A stretch of DNA of 64,000 bases. Origin: Candidatus Zixiibacteriota bacterium (GTDB taxonomy: Bacteria > Zixibacteria > MSB-5A5 > UBA10806 > 4484-95). A program made the position numbers and the translations under genes. Below the pieces are notes generated by a model. That model did not search any database, was not told where the DNA came from, and was given only the letters and a program-made list of their open reading frames with translations. Where the stretch lies: positions 96,001-160,000 of the forward strand of contig JBBIRK010000003.1 of NCBI GenBank assembly GCA_037441845.1. Direction: 5' to 3'. This document shows, in pieces, positions 48,163-57,770 of this stretch. Position 1 is the stretch's first letter. Each line of letters starts with the position of its first letter.

Positions 48163-49524
48163 TCAGTCGCCCATCATCACGAATCGGCTGGGGATCGAGA
48201 TATACCCCGTGTCCATCATGGTGCGGGTCAGTCCTCTTGCCCGGGAGATCTTCTCCACCGCCATGCGGAACAACTCGTCGCGGGTTCTCTTTTTTCTTGC
48301 GACCCCTTGTTCGATCGCTTTCATGCCTACGGCAGCCGCCTCTCTCGGAAAGACCTCCCAATCGTCCATGGTGGGAAGAAGGTGCTCCTCATCAAGCCCC
48401 TTATCGAGAGCAAGCTGCGCCAGTTCGTAAGCCGCCGCGATGCACATCTCATCGGTGATCGTTCGAGCCTGCACATCGAGCGTCCCTCTGAAGATCCCGG
48501 GGAACCCCAATGAATTATTCACCTGGTTTGGAAAATCGGATCTGCCCGTGGCGACCACCCACGCCCCGGCTTCTTTGGCCTCCCAGGGCCAGATTTCGGG
48601 AGTAGGATTGGCGCAGGCGAATACTATCGCCTGAGACGTCATCGTTTTCACCCACTCCTTCTTGATTACACCCGGTCCCGGAGTCGATAAAGCGATCACG
48701 GCGTCGGCGCCCTTCATGGCTTCGGGTATTCCGCCGGTCACGTTGCCGCCGTTTGTGGTCATGCAGATATCCCACTTTTCCTTGTATTTGGTTTCGAGCT
48801 CCTTGCGGTCTTCGCGGTTTTTATGGAGAATGCCTTTGGTGTCGGTCATGATGATGTTTTTGGCATCGACTCCCGCGGTGATCAGTAATTTGGCTATTCT
48901 ATAATTCGAGGCGCCGGCGCCGATCATGGCGATTTTGACCTCGTTGATTTTCTTATCGACTATTCGCAAGGCGTTTATGAATCCGGCGACCGTTACTGTG
49001 GCGGTTCCCTGCTGATCATCATGCCAGATTGGTATGCTGGCTTTCGCTCGCAACTCGTCGAGGATTCTGAAGCATTTGGGCATGGCGATATCCTCGAGAT
49101 TGACGCCCCCCAGGCCGGGCTGGAGCAGCAGCACGGTTTCGATGATTTTATCCGGATCCTTGGTGTCGAGCATGAGCGGGAAAACATCGACGCCGCCGAG
49201 ATATTTGAATAAAAGCGCCTTGCCTTCCATAACCGGCAACCCCGCCGCAGGACCGATATCGCCCAATCCTAAAACCCGCGTCCCGTCCGATATCACCGCG
49301 ATCGTGTTGCCTTTATTGGTGTGTTCGAATACGGTATCGGGATTGTCGCGAATATCCAGGCAGGGCTTGGCCACCCCGGGTGTGTACCAGATCGCGAAAT
49401 CGGAGATGTCGCGGATGCAAACTTTCGGCACGACCTCGATCTTCCCTTTATAAAAAGGGTGTAATTTCATCGCCTCTATGGCCGGTTGATTCGCCTTGGC
49501 AAGCAGATTATCTTTGTTATCCAT
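48163..49524 (-). CDS. NAD(P)-dependent malic enzyme (short form)
   Basis: YTPGVA, SDGTRVLGLG, PVMEGKA, NLEDI, HDDQQGT, ATGRSDFPNQVNN. Confidence 0.95.
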   Translation of the reverse strand: MDNKDNLLAKANQPAIEAMKLHPFYKGKIEVVPKVCIRDISDFAIWYTPGVAKPCLDIRDNPDTVFEHTNKGNTIAVISDGTRVLGLGDIGPAAGLPVMEGKALLFKYLGGVDVFPLMLDTKDPDKIIETVLLLQPGLGGVNLEDIAMPKCFRILDELRAKASIPIWHDDQQGTATVTVAGFINALRIVDKKINEVKIAMIGAGASNYRIAKLLITAGVDAKNIIMTDTKGILHKNREDRKELETKYKEKWDICMTTNGGNVTGGIPEAMKGADAVIALSTPGPGVIKKEWVKTMTSQAIVFACANPTPEIWPWEAKEAGAWVVATGRSDFPNQVNNSLGFPGIFRGTLDVQARTITDEMCIAAAYELAQLALDKGLDEEHLLPTMDDWEVFPREAAAVGMKAIEQGVARKKRTRDELFRMAVEKISRARGLTRTMMDTGYISIPSRFVMMGD

Positions 49525-49950
49525 AATCTTCCTTTCTCTGAAGCGCTCACATTCGATAACGCGGTTCGTCCGAACGGTTGTAGAAGATATATCATGCCTT
49601 GATCAATTGCAAGCAATATCGGATCGCTTCATTCCATCGAAACCGCCGGCGCGGCTTGCAGGATATGTTATCTTGACTTTTCCCCAAGCGTTATTTTTCG
49701 GAGATGAACGATATCGAAAGCGCCGACCGCGAATCCGAAAATATTATCCGTGATCCTGAAAAGTTTATTCTCTGTGCAGAAAAATGCTTAAGAAAACAAT
49801 ACAGATTTCAGTTATATATAATTTTAAAGAGACATTTGAATTAAATGTTGGCGGACCGTCGCAAGTCCATTCAACGTTATTGTGAAAAACGGCGGCCATC
49901 CCGAGGAATTTCGCAATCAGTTTGTCTGTGGTAACCGGCCGGGAGGATTT

Positions 49951-51344
49951 ATGTCTACAGCTCAAAGTAAAGCCATAAGTGTGATTATTCCCGCTCTGAA
50001 CGAGGAAAACACGATCGGGACGGTCGTTAATCTGGCCAAGCAGGGTGAAAACGTAACCGAGGTGATCGTCGTCGATGACAAGTCGTTCGACAACACTGTT
50101 CAGTGCGCCAAGGCGGCCGGCGCCAGCGTCATAACCAGCACCCGGCTGGGCAAAGGCGCTTCCATGCTCGATGGTTTGCTGGTGTCATCGGGGGACATTA
50201 TAGTCTATCTCGACGCCGACGTGATCAATTACCGGCCGGATTTGATAAATGTTCTCACGCGACCTATAATCGATGATGATTGCGATTTCGTCAAAGCCCG
50301 TTTTATCAGAAAAGCCGGGCGGGTGACCGAGCTGGTGGCCAGACCGCTTTTAAGCTTGCTTTTTCCGGATATCTCCGGCATTTCCCAACCTTTGGCAGGA
50401 ACGATCGCCGGCCGCCGCGAGGCATTCCTGAAAGTGAATTCGAGGATGATTATGGAGTCGATATCGGTTTGCTTATCGATATGCATCTGAATAACGCCAG
50501 GATTAAGGAAATCGATATCGGGCCGCTCGATCATAAAATGAAACCCTGGCACCAGCTTACCAGAATGTCGCGGGACGTTTCTTTGGCCATACTAAAACAT
50601 GCCGCCAGTTTGTCGCTTGCCCAGCTCGAAAACCTCGAGACCATTTCGATGATCCGTAATCAGATGGAGAATGCGATCAATTTGACGGTCAAGAAAATAA
50701 AGAAGATGGCGATCTTTGATCTCGATAACACCTTATTGGAAGGCCGTTTTATAGAGAAAGCCGCCGAATATTTCGATTTCCATAAGGATCTGGTTACGAT
50801 AGTTGCGGGCAATCAGGATTCATATCTCATCACCAAGATGACCGCCAGAATTCTGAAAGGGAAAAATATCGCCGACCTGCTGGCGGTGGTCGATATGATT
50901 CCGCTGGTCGCCGACGCCGAGGGGGTGATCGCTGAACTTCATAGAAGGGGATATGTGGTCGGTATCATAACCGATAGTCACGATTTCGCGGCCAATCATA
51001 TAAAAAATAAAATCGGAGCCGATTTCATCATGGCCAACGGACTCGGATTTTCCTCGAGCATCGCCACCGGTGAGGTCAAGGTGCCGTCGTATTTCTGCCG
51101 CAGCGAGGCCGGCAACTGCAATCACAATTTCTGCAAGAGCAACGCTCTTAGGCAGGCCTCGTTGGACTATAATATCGACATGCCGAACATTATCGCGGTG
51201 GGTGATGGAGAAAACGACATCTGCATGGTTAGGATTGCGGGAGTGGGCGTGTCATTTTGTTCCGCTAATAGACTTCTCAATCAGGTGGCCGATTACAACA
51301 TTTCGGAAAAACGTCTCATTTCGATCCTCGAATTCGCTCAGTAG
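49951..51344 (+). pseudogene. Glucosyl-3-phosphoglycerate-synthase-like GT fused to a SerB-like HAD phosphatase, split by a 1-nt frameshift near 50437-50441 (pseudogene or sequence error)
   Basis: Frame A: IPALNEE, GKG, YLDAD, AGRVTELVARPLL, QPLAG...KVN. Frame B continues FEDDYGVDIGLLID...DLDNT...GDGEND. Adding one T (AAT TTC GAG) gives a single 464-aa ORF. Confidence 0.8.
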
Positions 51345-51441
51345 CGCTCGTTTTGATGGTTTTCCGCGGGGGGAAAGGTAAATTCGTCATCGCTGATGGA
51401 CCCGGGTGCGTTTTCTGCCGCCGGGGATATATCATAATCCA

Positions 51442-51469
51442 TTGACAATCGATAAATATATGCTACATT
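51442..51469 (+). promoter_or_regulatory. Sigma70-type promoter for the C1 protease gene
   Basis: TTGACA-16 nt-TACATT with TG extension. Confidence 0.5.
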
Positions 51470-51505
51470 TGATTCGATACTACTATTGGATTTGCAGGAG
51501 GATTG

Positions 51506-53620
51506 ATGTCAAGATCGATAATTGCGCTATTAACGCTGATTACGATTTCCTTTTCGATTCCGAGTATGGCCGGCCTGCCTACGGAAGAAACGATCGCTTT
51601 ACAGCGGAAGATTGCGGAACAAGGGCTGTCATGGGTGGTCGCCCAAACTTCCATGATGGATATGCCACTTGAGGAACGCCGCGCCCGGCTCGGCTTGGTG
51701 ATACCCGAGGATGTCAAACGGCAATTCGATGAAATCAACAAGCTGCCCGAGCCGCCCTTGCTGTCCACACAGGCGATATTCGACTGGCGCGATTTCGGTG
51801 GCGTAACGCCGGTGAAGGATCAAGGTTCCTGCGGATCGTGCTGGGATTTCGCCGCCACCGGCGCTTTCGAATCGGCCTATCTGATCGCCACCGGCATCGT
51901 CCCCGATTTTTCCGAGCAACAAGTCCTTTCCTGCAATTCGGGAAGCTCGAGTTGTCAGGGCGGCTGGATGGCCGACGCCTATAATTTATTTATCAATTAC
52001 GGCGCGATCGCCGAATCGAACATGCCTTATCGCGCCGATGATCAGATTCCTTGCACTCAGGAAAATTATATTCCGATCGCCAATCAGCTGATGTACATGA
52101 ACATCCCAAACAATGTTAACGCCATAAAAAACGCGTTAATGTGCGGCCCGGTCTCGACCACTTTCACGGTGTATGACGACTTTTTCGGATATGGAGGCGG
52201 TTGTTACGAGCACGCCGATACCGATCCGATTAATCATGCGGTCGTGATCGTCGGCTGGAACGACAATCTCTGCGACGGGCAGGGCGCTTGGATAGTCAAA
52301 AACAGCTGGGGAACCAGCTGGGGAATGAATGGATATTTTTACATAAAATACAACTCATCAGGTTTCGGGCAATACACGCAGTTGCCGCTTTATGTCGAGC
52401 CCGGGTTCCCCGACATGGTGCTGGATACCGATTCGATCGAGGTCGATCTTGTTTCCGGCGGCAGTGCGGTTCACAATATAACGGTTCAGAACAACGGCGA
52501 CGGTCCGCTGCAATATCTGGTGACCAAGCAAGGGCCGGCCTATCAGGATTCTTTCGGCTATTATTGGAGAGACAGCGACAATGCCGCCGGTCCGCAATTC
52601 GACTGGATAGATATAACGCAGATCGGACAGCCGCTGCATTTTTACGACTTCGATAATGGAACCTCCTCGCGGCTTTATTTTGGTTTCGGTTTCAATTTCT
52701 ATGGCAACTCGTATGGTTCCCTTTACGCCTCGGTGAACGGCTGGGCGTCGTTTATGAACGCTTATTTCAACAATTACCAGAACGTGCCGATACCGGATCG
52801 CGCTTATCCGAACAATATGTTGGCGCCGTTTTTCGATGACTTGACTCTGGCACACGGCGGTCAGGTCTTATATTATACCAACAACGCCGATACCGCCGTG
52901 ATAACTTGGAACAACCTCGCCGACAGCCGCAACGTCGGCCGTTTCACTTTCCAGATCGTGCTGATCGCCCCGAACATCATCAAATTCCAATACGCATCTT
53001 TGGGAACGGCCCGTTTGAACGAATGCACGGTGGGTATCGAAAACCGCACGGGCACAGTAGGGCTTCAGGTGGCCTACAATCAGCCATATCTTCATAACGA
53101 TATGGCCATAGAGTTTCCCGTCGGCATGCCGCAAAACCTCGAATGGCTTGCCTGCGCGCCGACCAGAGGAACGATCGATCCATCGGCAAGCGGCAATATC
53201 GTGGTAACGCTCAACAGCGGACAGCTTCCCGAGGGAAGCTACGACGCGGCTCTGAAAATAACCGCCAACGATTACGAACACCCCAATACGACTATCCCGG
53301 TGACCATGAATGTCGGCCTTACCGGGATCAAAGACGAGACCGGAATGGCTCTGCCGACCGAAATGACGATATCCTCGGTTTATCCCAATCCGTTCAATTC
53401 CTCGATGAAGATTCGCTTTGAGCTGCCGTCTGCGGGTGTTTATTCGATGCAGATTTGCAATATCCTCGGCCAGGTGATCGCCGTTTTGCACGATGGTTAT
53501 CTTGAAGCCGGTGTACACGAATTGGGTTGGAACGCGCAGGGGATGTCCAGCGGGATTTACTGGGCGCGTTTAAGCGATGGATTAAGCAGCACTGCCAAAA
53601 AGATCGTATTGATTAGATAG
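51506..53620 (+). CDS. Secreted papain-family (C1) cysteine peptidase with C-terminal sorting-type domain
   Basis: Signal peptide, FDWRD, DQGSCGSCW, NHAVVIVGW, VKNSWG, YPNPFNS tail. Confidence 0.93.
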   Translation: MSRSIIALLTLITISFSIPSMAGLPTEETIALQRKIAEQGLSWVVAQTSMMDMPLEERRARLGLVIPEDVKRQFDEINKLPEPPLLSTQAIFDWRDFGGVTPVKDQGSCGSCWDFAATGAFESAYLIATGIVPDFSEQQVLSCNSGSSSCQGGWMADAYNLFINYGAIAESNMPYRADDQIPCTQENYIPIANQLMYMNIPNNVNAIKNALMCGPVSTTFTVYDDFFGYGGGCYEHADTDPINHAVVIVGWNDNLCDGQGAWIVKNSWGTSWGMNGYFYIKYNSSGFGQYTQLPLYVEPGFPDMVLDTDSIEVDLVSGGSAVHNITVQNNGDGPLQYLVTKQGPAYQDSFGYYWRDSDNAAGPQFDWIDITQIGQPLHFYDFDNGTSSRLYFGFGFNFYGNSYGSLYASVNGWASFMNAYFNNYQNVPIPDRAYPNNMLAPFFDDLTLAHGGQVLYYTNNADTAVITWNNLADSRNVGRFTFQIVLIAPNIIKFQYASLGTARLNECTVGIENRTGTVGLQVAYNQPYLHNDMAIEFPVGMPQNLEWLACAPTRGTIDPSASGNIVVTLNSGQLPEGSYDAALKITANDYEHPNTTIPVTMNVGLTGIKDETGMALPTEMTISSVYPNPFNSSMKIRFELPSAGVYSMQICNILGQVIAVLHDGYLEAGVHELGWNAQGMSSGIYWARLSDGLSSTAKKIVLIR

Positions 53621-53752
53621 GGGATAAGAGTAGGGGTAATTAGCAACATATGAGGCTGCAATAACCTGTCCGGTAATTCGGTGTTTGAATTGTCTTAGCG
53701 GCCGATTACGATCCATAAGTTTCCCGTAAATGAATATTCCTGCACCATTTTT

Positions 53753-54037
53753 CTTCCATGTCATTCCCGCGCAAGCGGGACACTCTTTTTTTTCCTGGTC
53801 AGGTCATGAGGCCCTTAGCCGAACCATCAACCTCATCGCTAACTCGAAGAAAATGAACTGCCTTACCCGGTTCTACCTTCCATGTCATTCCCGCGTAAGC
53901 GGGAATCTCTGTTGAGTCATTCGTCCTAAAGCGGAGGCACACTTAAAGAAGTCATCTCGTTCCGATACTTACTCATCAATGAAGGTACCAGCCACTTGAC
54001 ACCCTATACTGTCAATCACGCGCAAGCGGGAATCTCT
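53753..54037. repeat. Three copies of a palindromic REP-like repeat TGTCATTCCCGCG(C/T)AAGCGGGAATCT (53753-53780, 53877-53908, 54010-54037)
   Basis: Directly visible imperfect direct repeats, each an ATTCCC-N8-GGGAAT-type hairpin; copies 1 and 3 are degenerate. Confidence 0.85.
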
Positions 54038-54105
54038 TCTCCCGGCCACGGCTCCGCATTTGACCCAATTCCCGCCGTTCGGAAACCCGCCGCCCCTAAA
54101 TAGGC

Positions 54106-54134
54106 TTTACATTCCAGATACCGATATTTATAAT
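54106..54134 (+). promoter_or_regulatory. Sigma70-type promoter for the signalling/EPS operon
   Basis: TTTACA-17 nt-TATAAT. Confidence 0.65.
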
Positions 54135-54156
54135 TAAATTAAGCCCTGGCGGAACT

Positions 54157-57018
54157 ATGGCGATAAAAAAACCTTCGGAAATATTCATGAGTTTCGCGGC
54201 GGACGAGAAAATGCTCGAGGACATCCGCCGCTCGGTCAATGACGCCATCGCCGATGTCAATCTCTCCAACAAAGACCGCAACGGCATCCTGCTGGCGATA
54301 GAAGAAGCCTGCACCAACGTTATCCGCCATGCCTACCTATACGCCCCGGGAACGATCCGCATAAAAATAAGGAAAAGCCCGACCCAGGTCAGCTTCTCTA
54401 TCTATGACAAAGGGCGCCGTTTCGATTTCGACCGGGCGACCGCAGCAACACCCGATCTCGATCGCTATGTGAAAACCGGCCGAAAAGGCGGTTTGGGGCT
54501 CTATTTGATCCGCAAAATGATGGACTCGGTCGATTACGTTTCCCGCGACGGCGAAAACGAGCTACGCATGGCGAAAACGATCCAGCCCCGAGTGCAGGTG
54601 CTGCCGAAACCCCAGGGAATCTCGATCAGACTTAAATTCGCCCTATGGGCATCGCTTGTCGTATGCGCCATAATCGCCGCCATATTTTTCTATTACGATA
54701 ATCGCAGCTCGAATACTATCCGCGGACGATTCTTCTCCGAGGCATTGAGTTTCGCTCATACCACCGCTCTTAATGCGGCCGATAAAATGATGGTAGGCAA
54801 CGAACTTGAACTGCTGAACCTGGTCGCTTCGGCGATCAAGGGGAATCCGATCTTAATAAATGCGGTGGTTGTCGATACCGCTGGGAGGATTTGGGCCGAC
54901 GCCCAAAATCCCGAAAACATGCTTACCTACCACGAATACCCGGCCGGTGTGGACAGTTCCCTGATCGATCGATTTCAACCGATAGAATCCGATCGCTACG
55001 GGCCGATTTTCCATTTGATAGTCGATATCACCGCCGGCGAACGTCGTCTCGGTCATTTGAACCTGATTTTCGGGCGAAGCGAGCTTTCCGAGCAATTGTC
55101 CCGTTCGCGGCGGATGATGATACTGTTTTCGCTGATTGGATTGTTTGTCGGTCTGGGAGCGGTTTATTTGCTGTCGAATTATTTCGTCAAGCCGATTCAG
55201 AAGCTTACCGAGGGCGTCTTGAAAATCGGCCAGGGAAATCTTGATGAGACTTTGCCGGTAGAAGGATCCGACGAATTCTCGGAGATCGCAAGAGCATTCA
55301 ACGAAATCACCCTGAAATTCAAATCGGCGCAGGCCAATATAGTCGAACAAGAGCGTCTCCAAAAAGAGATGCAGGTGGCGCAGGAGATACAACATGCACT
55401 GCTGCCGCGGCGGTTTCCGGAAATCGAGGGATATGAACTGGCGGCGGTTTATCGTGCGGCCAAAGATGTCGGCGGAGATTATTTCGATTTCGTCTGGATC
55501 GACGAGAACACCATGGGGATAATCGTGGCCGACGTATCCGGCAAAGGTGTCCCGGGTTCATTGGTCATGACCATGATCCGCACCGCGATCCGCCTCGAAG
55601 CCCGCGGCAACAAGTCCCCCAGCGATATTCTGGCCCGGGTCAACGAATTCGTTGCCGAGGACGTGAAAAAGGGGATGTTTATAACGATTTACTTCATCGT
55701 CCTCGATTCGAAAGAACGCCAGATATCGTTCTCCTCGGCCGGCCATAACCCGATGATTCTTTATCGCAAAGACACCGACCGCTGCTATTTTCTCAACCCC
55801 AAAGGGATTCCTTTGGGCTTGACCCTGCCCGATGATATCTCGTTCCGCGACAGCCTTCAGGTGGACAAGCTTAAGCTGAAAAAAGACGATGTTCTGGTGA
55901 TCTACACCGATGGTGTCACCGAAGCCATGAATGCCCGGAACGAGCAATATGGCAACGACCGGTTGATACAGTTTATCCGCGAGCATTCCACCCTCACTCC
56001 CAACGAGTTCGCCGCCGCTTTGGATCAGGACATAATCGCTTTCACCGGAAATGCGCCCCAGAACGATGATATCACGCTGGTGGTCATCAAAGAAAAAATC
56101 ATGGCAGACGAGCTGGTTTTCGAAAAACGGCGCCGGCTCATTCAGATGGTGGAATTCGAAAAAGTCCCCGTCGAAGAAGCCTGCAGGCAGATGGGGATCT
56201 CCCCGGCGACGTATTACAAATACAGGAGGCGCTGGAAAGCGGAAGGCGACGCGGGTCTTCTCAATAAAAAATTAAGGGCCGACGAAGGAATAAAGCAGCT
56301 ATCTTATTCCGCCCGCCAAAAGTTGTTGGCGACGATTTTGGAACATCCCGAATACGGCTCTGGAAAACTCCAAAAAGTGCTCGCCGAAACAGGTGAGGAA
56401 TGTTCCGCTCGAAGCGTCTATGCCGAACTGGTCAATCTCCGGCTTAATTCAAAGGCAAAAAGGCTGGCTTATGTCGAACGTTTCGGAAAGCTGAAACCGG
56501 AGCAGCGGGAACAGCTCGAAAAGGAGATGTTGCGCGAGGAAAGAGCCCGTCAGGACCGTTACCAATACGCCGAGCAACTGAAACAAAATCTGGAAAGCCG
56601 CCATATAGAGAAAATGGCGCAGGATACCGGCAGAATCATAACCCAGCTCAAGCAGTTCGCTCCGGCCGGCGGGACGGATATTTACGATGGAATCTCGAGA
56701 GAATTGGAAAAGCTCGAGGGTGGCACCGAGATCGCCTCGTTGTTCCGATCGTTGGTACAAAAAATGACCTCGGGCGATGATCAGACCGCGAAATCCCATG
56801 GTGTTGAACAGCAAGATGCGGCCGCAACACCGGCGACCGTCTCCACACCATCGGAAGCAGCATCGCAAAAGTCGCGCACCGGACCTATAACGGTACCCAA
56901 AAACGCCGAGAAGATCGATATAATCGCTAAAGCGGTGGACCCCGAGGGAGAGGTTCCACAACTGCCTTCGGAGTTCGAGGAATACGAAAAGAAGTTGGTG
57001 AACAAGTTCAAAAAGTGA
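54157..57018 (+). CDS. Multidomain partner-switching protein: RsbW-like Ser kinase - 2TM sensor - HAMP - SpoIIE/PP2C phosphatase - IS481-like HTH - low-complexity tail
   Basis: LAIEEACTNVIRHAY, DKG, GGLGLYLI; TM-periplasmic-TM; HAMP; VGGDYFD, ADVSGKG, AGHNP, YTDGVTEA, DDIT; VEEACRQMGISPATYYKYRRRWKAEGDAGL. Confidence 0.9.
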   Translation: MAIKKPSEIFMSFAADEKMLEDIRRSVNDAIADVNLSNKDRNGILLAIEEACTNVIRHAYLYAPGTIRIKIRKSPTQVSFSIYDKGRRFDFDRATAATPDLDRYVKTGRKGGLGLYLIRKMMDSVDYVSRDGENELRMAKTIQPRVQVLPKPQGISIRLKFALWASLVVCAIIAAIFFYYDNRSSNTIRGRFFSEALSFAHTTALNAADKMMVGNELELLNLVASAIKGNPILINAVVVDTAGRIWADAQNPENMLTYHEYPAGVDSSLIDRFQPIESDRYGPIFHLIVDITAGERRLGHLNLIFGRSELSEQLSRSRRMMILFSLIGLFVGLGAVYLLSNYFVKPIQKLTEGVLKIGQGNLDETLPVEGSDEFSEIARAFNEITLKFKSAQANIVEQERLQKEMQVAQEIQHALLPRRFPEIEGYELAAVYRAAKDVGGDYFDFVWIDENTMGIIVADVSGKGVPGSLVMTMIRTAIRLEARGNKSPSDILARVNEFVAEDVKKGMFITIYFIVLDSKERQISFSSAGHNPMILYRKDTDRCYFLNPKGIPLGLTLPDDISFRDSLQVDKLKLKKDDVLVIYTDGVTEAMNARNEQYGNDRLIQFIREHSTLTPNEFAAALDQDIIAFTGNAPQNDDITLVVIKEKIMADELVFEKRRRLIQMVEFEKVPVEEACRQMGISPATYYKYRRRWKAEGDAGLLNKKLRADEGIKQLSYSARQKLLATILEHPEYGSGKLQKVLAETGEECSARSVYAELVNLRLNSKAKRLAYVERFGKLKPEQREQLEKEMLREERARQDRYQYAEQLKQNLESRHIEKMAQDTGRIITQLKQFAPAGGTDIYDGISRELEKLEGGTEIASLFRSLVQKMTSGDDQTAKSHGVEQQDAAATPATVSTPSEAASQKSRTGPITVPKNAEKIDIIAKAVDPEGEVPQLPSEFEEYEKKLVNKFKK

Positions 57019-57770
57019 TGCATAGGTTGGCGATCATAACCTCCAAAGGAGGCACCGGCAAGACCACTACGGCGATAAATTTCGCCCACGCCTGCGCCAT
57101 GATGGGAAAAAAAACGCTCGCCGTAGATTGCGATGCTCAAGGGTCGCTATCCTTATCGTTCGGCTTGAACGGCGCTCAGGGTTTGTCCGATCTATTGCTC
57201 ACGAATCGGGTGGACATCTATTCGGTAAGACCGAATCTGTATCTGGTGGGCTCGGGCCGCAGCGATATTTATCTGGTGGAACGTTACCTGGTGCAACAAA
57301 GTTCTTCGGAGTATCCTCTGGCGGAGGCCCTTGAACGGTTCGAGGGGGTGGAGATAGTTATTTTGGATTGCTCCCCGTCGATAAATGTTGTAAATTCGAA
57401 CATATTATGCTATGCTGATAAGGTTTTGATCCCGGTATCCATGGACTATTTCGCCATGGAGGGGGCCGCTTTAACGATAAGGATTGTCGATGAAATAGCG
57501 GCGGCGACGCGCAAGAAGATTGATGTGTTGGGATTTTTGCCGACATTCTACGATGGGAGAACGAGAATTTCCAAGACAATCCTCGAGCAATTGAAAGGCA
57601 AATACGACAAGAAGGTGTTCGATACGATGATAAGGATAAACACGCAGATCAAGGAATCTCAGCTTCATCACAAAACCATCTTCGAATTCGCACCTTATTC
57701 GTACGGCGCCTACGATTATTACTGCTTTGCCCGAGAGGCTCTGGGCAGACTGGATGGATTGGAACCATGA
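57015..57770 (+). CDS. ParA/Soj family ATPase (no parB nearby)
   Basis: KGGTGKTTT deviant Walker A, DCDAQG, LDCSPS, LPTFYD.RT. Confidence 0.92.
   Translation: MMHRLAIITSKGGTGKTTTAINFAHACAMMGKKTLAVDCDAQGSLSLSFGLNGAQGLSDLLLTNRVDIYSVRPNLYLVGSGRSDIYLVERYLVQQSSSEYPLAEALERFEGVEIVILDCSPSINVVNSNILCYADKVLIPVSMDYFAMEGAALTIRIVDEIAAATRKKIDVLGFLPTFYDGRTRISKTILEQLKGKYDKKVFDTMIRINTQIKESQLHHKTIFEFAPYSYGAYDYYCFAREALGRLDGLEP

Noticed and set aside
50425..50445. Programmed -1 ribosomal frameshift
   Set aside because: No slippery heptamer, and the break falls inside a conserved domain; a single-base deletion is more plausible.
53753..54037. CRISPR array
   Set aside because: Only three degenerate copies, spacers of ~95-100 bp are too long, and there are no cas genes; fits REP-like palindromes better.
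56101..56500. Intact IS481/IS3 insertion sequence
   Set aside because: Only the HTH part is present, in frame within a host protein; no DDE domain or terminal inverted repeats seen.
57015..57770. Chromosome or plasmid partition locus
   Set aside because: No parB, parS-like site or replication gene adjacent; ParA is embedded in a signalling operon.
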